In this document: positions 59,809 through 64,000 of the stretch, piece by piece
Numbering within the stretch: position 1 is the stretch's first letter
How the letters are laid out: each line of letters begins with the position of its first letter
From: the human T2T-CHM13v2.0 reference genome, Homo sapiens
Length of the DNA: 64,000 nucleotides
Reading direction: 5' to 3' (one strand)
NCBI RefSeq assembly: GCF_009914755.1
Contig: NC_060937.1
Made by a program: the position numbers and the translations under genes
Notes under the pieces: model-generated
Seen by the model: the letters and a program-made list of their open reading frames with translations, nothing else
Told to the model about the DNA's origin: nothing
The model's database searches: none

Positions 59809-60425
59809 TGTGTTGGGGCTCAGCAAACAATACCCTGAAATATGGCCCTCTGACATGCTGAATTAAAGAAGCAGCCTCAAGGTCTCTCTAACCAACCCTG
59901 CTCCTGTCGCTGACTCTTTCTCTCCAAAAGCACTGGATAAAGCTGTTCTCTGAAGTTCCCTTATCTACCTGGAAACTAGATCCACCAATGAGAAATGCAA
60001 TTAGCTTTGATCCCCTCCCTAAAATTTCATTAATCAGAGAAGATTAAATTCATATCATAGAGGAAGAGACTAAAAATTAAACACCACACCTAGGGCCCAG
60101 GTGAACTTTGTCCCCAAGTATTGTCTGTTTAATGCACAAAAAGAATTATTTACTAATCATTGTCTGGACATTTGGCTCATTCACTCCCCCTAAAAATTAT
60201 TTACTGCTCTTGAAATTGCCATATTCTCCCCATCTCACCTTTCCCTATGAAGAAGGGTAAATAAGCATCTGGACCCCATTGGGTTATTGAGTGATCACTT
60301 TCCCGTGATTTTTCCCCTGTGCACATTGAATAAGTTTGTGTGCCTTTTCTATTTATCTGCCCATTGTAAGATCATTTTCAGGGAAGCTTCAAAAAACAGA
60401 GGGGAAGCCTTCCTCTTTTGCCCCA
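59809..60425 (+). mobile_element. ERV1 solo LTR (MER39-like)
   Basis: TGTTGGGGCTCAG...ATACCC...ACATGCTGAA start, CA end, exact 4-bp TSD TGCC. Confidence 0.85.
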
Positions 60426-63319
60426 TGCCTGTCAAATTAATATACTTGTTCCTCTTGGTTCCACATTTCTTCCATTCAATGCCAATAAAATCTTTCTCAA
60501 TGGTACCACTCCACTGCTATCTTTTTCACCGATCTACATAAACTCAAGTCTTCACATTTATTTTACATAATGTAAACCCATTGTGATCTGTGCAAGCCTA
60601 TGTATTTGATATTCCTTTAATCTTTTTCTCCTAATTCCTTTCTGAAAATTCATTACTTCTTTATTCTTACTTATCCTCTCATTTTTCTATAATAGAAAAT
60701 GAACATTAAACAGTTCCCTTTATAGCTGTTTTGGAGTAATCATGCATTTTTCCTGGCTTTAATCATTTGATCCCAAAGAATAAGCTGGGTGTGGGCAGCA
60801 GGAACTGTGTGCTTTGATATCCTTGGTGCTCCAATCAGCTGGAGAACAATTTGGTATTGAGCAGTTCCTGAAAAAAAAAATGCTGGCTGATTTTTTGAAC
60901 TGGGCCAAGAGCCATGAAATATCTTAACATTTCTGTCAGTGGCATAATGCTTCCATGATGTATCTCTTCATCCTTGGCCATGTCCTAAAAGTAATGTCAT
61001 GATTTGCACTCTGAAATCCATCAGGATTATTCATATCCCCAGGAAATGGTCTGAATACACCTTTCTGATCAAAAACATCTAATATTACCCTTTTACATTC
61101 TCATTAACAACCACTTATGACTTCTCTGCATATGATTACAATTCTCAGAAGAAGCCAAGTCTTGGACTGTTTTTAATGTATCGAAAACTCAATCTTGATT
61201 TCATAGGGGAATTAAGGTTATGGTCAGCATCCTCATTTCACCACTTATACAGCTGGAAGATGCCAAATGTAAGAAAAAAAAAAAACCTGTATCAGGTTTG
61301 AATTGCAACACTGTATCAAGTAAACCCCAAAGCATTGTTTCTAATGCTAGAAATATTTTAACTAAGTTAGTATGCCTCAGGCTAGCCTAACTGTATAAGG
61401 CCTAGGATAGCAGTAACTGTTTTAGGTGAAAAAATAATCCTATTCACAAGGATTTTAACTATAAGGCACCAGTCACCAAAGCAAGACACTTCTTAACTCT
61501 CTTGCCAGTAGAGCTGCCCTGAAAGTACTTCAAGTCACTCTACTTTTGTCTCCTGGCCTCCCAGTAGGTTATTTTCCTTTCCTCCCCACCTCTCTCGCAC
61601 ACGGGTAACCCTGCAACACAGGCACTGTGTGCTGCCAGCCACTTTGTGTTCAAAATGCATCTGAGATTGGGATTCTTGTGGCCATTCAGTTCATAGCTCT
61701 ATCTCCGCCCTCTCCTCTGCCATCGGCAAACTGCCCACCACCACGCACTTTCCCTCTTTACCAGTGTAGTTCAAATAGCCCTGGTTCCTTTCCTCCTTCA
61801 AGGTGGCTGATATCTTTCTTCATGGCATTACACTCACATCCACTGTGGAATATAGGCAGCTCCCCTGATGCTTTACATCAGGCTGCCCACACCTGGGCAT
61901 GACCCCCAAATCCTCCCTATGACAGCCCTGTTTCCTTGCTCACCTTGAGGGAAAACAAATGGGTTAGTGCTCAGGACTGAAAATAAATCAGAAAAAAAGG
62001 TCATCAAGAGCATACAGTAAACTCTGTCTTTAGAAGGCCAGACAGGCTCATGGAATAAACTTGTAGTAGATGTTTGTGGGTTTTGATTGACCAAGTAAGC
62101 TACATAGAGCTTCTCAACAATGTGAAACATAAAATCAAAGGATAATTAGAGTAATTTCTCAAAGCATTTGCTGAACATCTGCTGGGTACAAGGCACTAGG
62201 GAAACAAAAAATGAAAATGCAATATGCTGTCTCTTTCTATAAGGCTATTACAACCAGTTGTAGTCCCAGAGGCAGACAGGTACAATCACACTGAGATGGC
62301 ATCGCTACTACACTAGAGACACAGGCAAAGCACTAGAGGGCTGAAATTACCAGTAATTACTTACATCTCGGAAAAGACGAAGATGTGAAGGAACATCAGG
62401 AAAGTACTGCAAGAAGCAATATGTATCTGCAGAACTTAGAGGGCTTGAATAATCCAGCTAACCATTTCATCTCTCCACTCGCTTAAAAAATATATATATA
62501 TAAGCCACAGAAAGTCAAAATAGGCTAGCTAAAATGGAAAATTCCTTTGGTAAAACCTTTGCTAAACTAAATGGTCAAGAGGAACTCTTCTTCAATATTT
62601 CTTCTCTATCAAATATAATATTTTGTGCTGGATATATTCAAAGAAGTGCAAAAACCCCCAAATCTAATATGTTTAATTTGTTAAGAAAGCTCTTGCCAAA
62701 TTTTGAGCAAAATTAGCTTCAATTTTAATTTAATAACATTTAGCAATTCATTCTTGGTTCATTTTTTTTCACATTATCAACTTTCTAATCATTATTATAT
62801 GCCAGTTTTTATACGGTAATTAAACACTGGCTACTAAGAGCTAAATTAAAAAGAGAACTTTTTAAATTATAAACACAGACAAAAAATTTAAGAAGTCAAG
62901 ATGATTTCTTTTATATGACTTAAATTATTTTATTTTGGGATGTAATGTATCGCATTTCATCTATGCACACTGCTTCTAACTTACTAAGCAAAGGAATGAG
63001 TACTCCCATAAATTAATCTTCCATAATATATGGATTAGTTATTTATAATAAATAGTTAATAACATAGACAAACATGTAAAACTACAGAAAAAAGCCTGAT
63101 TCTTGGTCCAACAAATTTCTGAATTTGGAAGTTAACTTTTAAAAGAATTTGAGTGAAAAAAACCCCACTGATTTCAAAACAAGTTTAATAGTAACTCAAG
63201 TTTTAGATAATGCTTTTCGATTTATCTAATGTTATGGAGAATACTAAACATTTCCATTAGCGGCCCATCATCACCGTGGTTACCTCCTTCTCCCTCTCTC
63301 CACTTCAGATATACAGGCA

Positions 63320-63660
63320 TTTGCTCAATCAATATTCAGTGGACATCCACAGTGAACAAATCTCTCTTCTAGGCACCATGAACTACATAGTTGAGGAAAA
63401 CCATGAACTACATAGTTGAGGAAGACGGGTTTTGTCTGAAAGGATTTAGAGACCAGCCAGGGAGACAGCCAAGAAAATCAACAACCATCATGCAGTTATG
63501 GTAGAAATAGAAGCTGGATGCTAGCTACTGCAGCATCCCAGCAGACTGAGGAAGGTTTGTTGGAGGAGAAGATGCCTGCACTGAATATAGAAAGACTGAA
63601 GGATGCAGGAATGTTGGCCAGAGGAGGAGAGAAAGCTACATCAGACAAAGGAGGCATGAA
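63320..63660 (-). mobile_element. L2 fragment
   Basis: TTGCTCAATCAATATTCAGTGGACATC...CTAGGCAC...GGAAGGTTTGTTGGAGGAG. Confidence 0.6.
63375..63423. repeat. 25-bp tandem duplication
   Basis: ACCATGAACTACATAGTTGAGGAA(A) x2. Confidence 0.95.
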
Positions 63661-64000
63661 TTTCTATCATTTCCACCTTTCCACCCTGAGCACATCACTG
63701 AAGTCTGTCCCCTCCTTTCCATCCTCACTGCCATTGCTTTATTTCAGACCTTCAGTATTTTCTCCTGGAAGATATTAATCAATTAATTTCCTAGAGTGTT
63801 TTAGGTACCATGATAAGCGGAGGCCAAGTGAGAGCAGAAACAAGAGGGTAATCCCTTTGCTGTGGCAGGCAGCTTCTTTAATCACACACAGCCCAACCAG
63901 GACATTCTGTAAAAGTGGTTGCCGTTAGGTCCCAATCCCTCAAGGAATCTCTGCATACCTCTCTGTCTCCCAGTGTCATTTCTGAACCCCCACATACTGA

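Overview
AT-rich, CpG-depleted primate genomic DNA, almost certainly human: it carries an AluYa5 and an AluYb8, both essentially human-lineage subfamilies. I find no credible protein-coding gene, CpG island, CRISPR array or prokaryotic system. Most long ORFs in the track are by-products of Alu, MaLR, L1 or L2 sequence. About half the window is interspersed repeat, including heavily nested insertions at 17-37 kb (L1M, L2, Charlie1, two MST proviruses, an ERV9/LTR12 solo LTR). Ten of eleven LTR-class insertions lie on +, and several strong splice signals lie on -, which suggests a large intron of a minus-strand transcript; I cannot name the gene. The best leads are a 78-bp palindrome (25472-25549), a U13 snoRNA retrocopy with intact C/D boxes beside an ancient tRNA-derived SINE, two young possibly polymorphic Alus, and candidate minus-strand cassette exons, one bracketed by an inverted Alu pair. 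Repeat subfamily names come from remembered consensus sequences and boundaries of old repeats are approximate; both need RepeatMasker/Dfam confirmation. The sequence alone does not support a new biological system.
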